This document shows positions 61,985 through 64,000 of a stretch of DNA of 64,000 nucleotides, one piece after another. Origin of the DNA: Scyliorhinus canicula. Taxonomy: Eukaryota. A program made the position numbers and the translations under genes. The stretch lies in the NCBI RefSeq assembly GCF_902713615.1, contig NC_052146.1:173840840-173904839 (forward strand). Reading direction: 5' to 3'. Within the stretch, counting starts at the first letter, position 1, and every line of letters starts with the position of its first letter. The notes below the pieces were generated by a model. It had not been told where the DNA came from. It was given only the letters and a program-made list of their open reading frames with translations, and did not search any database.

Positions 61985-63565
61985 ATAGAACATAGAACGA
62001 TACAGCGCAGTACAGGCCCTTGGGCCCTCGATGTTGCACCGACATGGAAAAAAAAAACTAAAGGCCATCTAACCGACACTATGCCCTTATCATCCATATG
62101 CTTATCCAATATATTTTTAAATGCCCTCAATGTTGGCGAGTTCACTACTGTTGCAGGTAGGGCATTCCACGGCCTCACCACTCTTTGCGTAAAAAACCCA
62201 CCTCTGACCTCTGTCCTATATCTATTACCCCTCAATTTAAGGCTATGTCCCCTCGTGCTAGCCACCTCCATCCGCGGGAGAAGGCTCTCGCTGTCCACCC
62301 TATCTAACCCTCTGATCATTTTGTATGCCTCTATTAAGTCACCTCTTAACCTTCTTCTCTCTAACGAAAACAACCTCAAGTCCATCAGCCTTTCCTCATA
62401 AGATTTTCCCTCCATACCAGGCAACATCCTGGTAAATCTCCTCTGCACCCGTTCCAAAGCTTCCACGTCCTTCCTATAATGAGGCAACCAGAACTGTACG
62501 CAATACTCCAAATGCGGCCGTACTAGAGTTTTGTACAACTGCAACATGACCTCATGGCTCCGGAACTCAATCCCTCTACCAATAAAGGCCAACACACCAT
62601 AGGCCTTCTTCACAACCCTATCAACCTGGGTGGCAACTTTCAGGGATCTATGTACATGGACACCGAGATCCCTCTGCTCATCCACACTACCAAGAATTTT
62701 ACCATTAGCCAAATATTCCGCATTCCTGTTATTCTTTCCAAAGTGAATCACCTCACACTTCTCCACATTAAACTCCATTTGCCACCTCTCAGCCCAGCTC
62801 TGCAGCTTATCTATGTCCCTCTGTAACCTGCAACATCCTTCCGCACTGTCTACAACTCCACCGACTTTAGTGTCGTCTGCAAATTTACTCACCCATCCTT
62901 CTGCGCCCTCCTCTAGGTCATTTATAAAAATGACAAACAGCAATGGCCCCAGAACAGATCCTTGTGGTACGCCACTCGTAACTGAACTCCATTCTGAACA
63001 TTTCCCATCAACTACCACTCTCTGTCTTCTTTCAACTAGCCAATTTCTGATCCACATCTCTAAATCACCCTCAATCCCCAGCCTCCGTATTTTCTGCAAT
63101 AGCCGACCGTGGGGAACCTTATCAAACGCTTTACTGAAATCCATATACACTACATCAACTGCTCTACCCTCGCCTACCTGTTCAGTCACCTTCTCAAAGA
63201 ACTCGATAAGGTTTGTGAGGCATGACCTACCCTTCACAAACCCTGCTGACTATCCCTAATCATATTAATCCTATCTAGATGATTATAAATCGTATCTTTT
63301 ATAATCCTCTCCAAGACCTTACCCACCACAGACGTTAGGCTCACCAGCCTATAGTTACCGGGGTTATCTCTACTCCCCTTCTTGAACAAAGGGACCACAT
63401 TTGCTATCCTCCAGTCCTCTGGCACTATTCCTGTAGCCAATGATGACCTAAAAATCAAAGCCAAAGGCTCACCAATCTCTTCCCTGGCTTCCCAGAGAAT
63501 CCTAGGATAAATCCCATCCGGCCCCGGGGACTTATCTATTTTCACCTTGTCCAGAATTGCCAACA
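61985..63565 (-). mobile_element. Young 5'-truncated CR1 (HER1-like) LINE, near-identical to 12000-13303
   Basis: ORFs 61879..63237 and 63234..63584 separated by a 1-bp deletion near 63240; stop codon changed TAG to TCG. Confidence 0.97.
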
Positions 63566-63587
63566 CTACATGTGCATCCACCATAGA

Positions 63588-63967
63588 AGGTAAGTCTTAC
63601 AACACCAGGTTAAAGTCCAACAGTTTTGTTTCAAACACTAGCTTTCAGAGCACTGCTCCTTCCTCAGGTGAATGAAGAGGCATGTTCCAGAAACATATAT
63701 ATATATATATATATATATTGATAAAGTCAAAGATGCCAGACAATGCTAAGAATGTGAGCATTTGCAGGTAATTAAATCTTTACAGATGCAGAGATAGGGG
63801 TAACCCTAGGTTAAAGAGGTGTGAATTGTCTCAAGCCAGGATAGTTGGTAGGATTTCGTAAGCCCAGGCCAGAGGGTGGGGGATGAATGGAATGCGACAT
63901 GAATCCCAGGTCCCGGTTGAGGCCGCACTCATGTGTGTGGAACTTGGCTATGAGTTTCTGCTCGGAG
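63588..63967 (-). mobile_element. Penelope-like element 3' end / pseudo-LTR
   Basis: Minus translation EQKLIAKFHTHECGLNRDLGFMSH resembles the GIY-YIG endonuclease C-terminus (GLN motif), followed by a CTGAGGA...GAAA motif. Confidence 0.75.
63696..63718. repeat. (AT)n microsatellite
   Basis: Directly visible. Confidence 0.95.
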
Positions 63968-64000
63968 CTGAAATCCCCTTTTGTTTCCTATTGCTTCTGC

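Noticed and set aside
61879-63237. 452-aa ORF with a novel C-terminal extension
   Set aside because: Extension results from a TAG to TCG change reading through the LINE tail into flanking DNA
53523-64000. Next upstream MYO6 exon (expected ...YKFGLTKVFFRPGK)
   Set aside because: Not found by eye; probably beyond the window end
1-64000. CRISPR arrays, operons or prokaryotic defence systems
   Set aside because: Sequence is vertebrate intron/exon DNA; no regularly spaced repeat-spacer array

Overview
Eukaryotic, repeat-rich genomic DNA, most likely a shark (inferred from HE1/V-SINE-like and Deu-SINE-like SINEs with CR1, Tx1/L1, Rex1/Babar and Penelope-like retroelements). The main feature is the 3' part of a myosin VI gene (MYO6) on the minus strand. 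I reconstructed 13 GT-AG exons between 53522 and 23733 with consistent phases (1584 nt, 527 aa plus stop). They cover converter/insert-2, IQ, three-helix bundle, SAH, MIU, three large-insert microexons (42, 30, 39 nt), the RRL/MyUb region and the WWY cargo-binding domain, followed by a repeat-poor candidate 3'UTR of about 4 kb. The rest is introns and intergenic DNA packed with nested retroelements, a solo LTR with TSD and a GC-rich MITE. A possible last exon of a convergent plus-strand gene (IMPG1 by synteny, unproven) starts at 7644. I see no convincing novel multi-gene system. The best leads are: the MYO6 tail microexon cassette with clustered RBFOX/ESRP-type motifs; a speculative chain of cryptic exons that would give a basic, -SVV-ending MYO6 lacking the cargo-binding domain; modular SINE head/tail shuffling; a templated LINE 5' junction; and a hammerhead-like motif in a Penelope-like repeat. 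Repeat boundaries are approximate and were read by eye.
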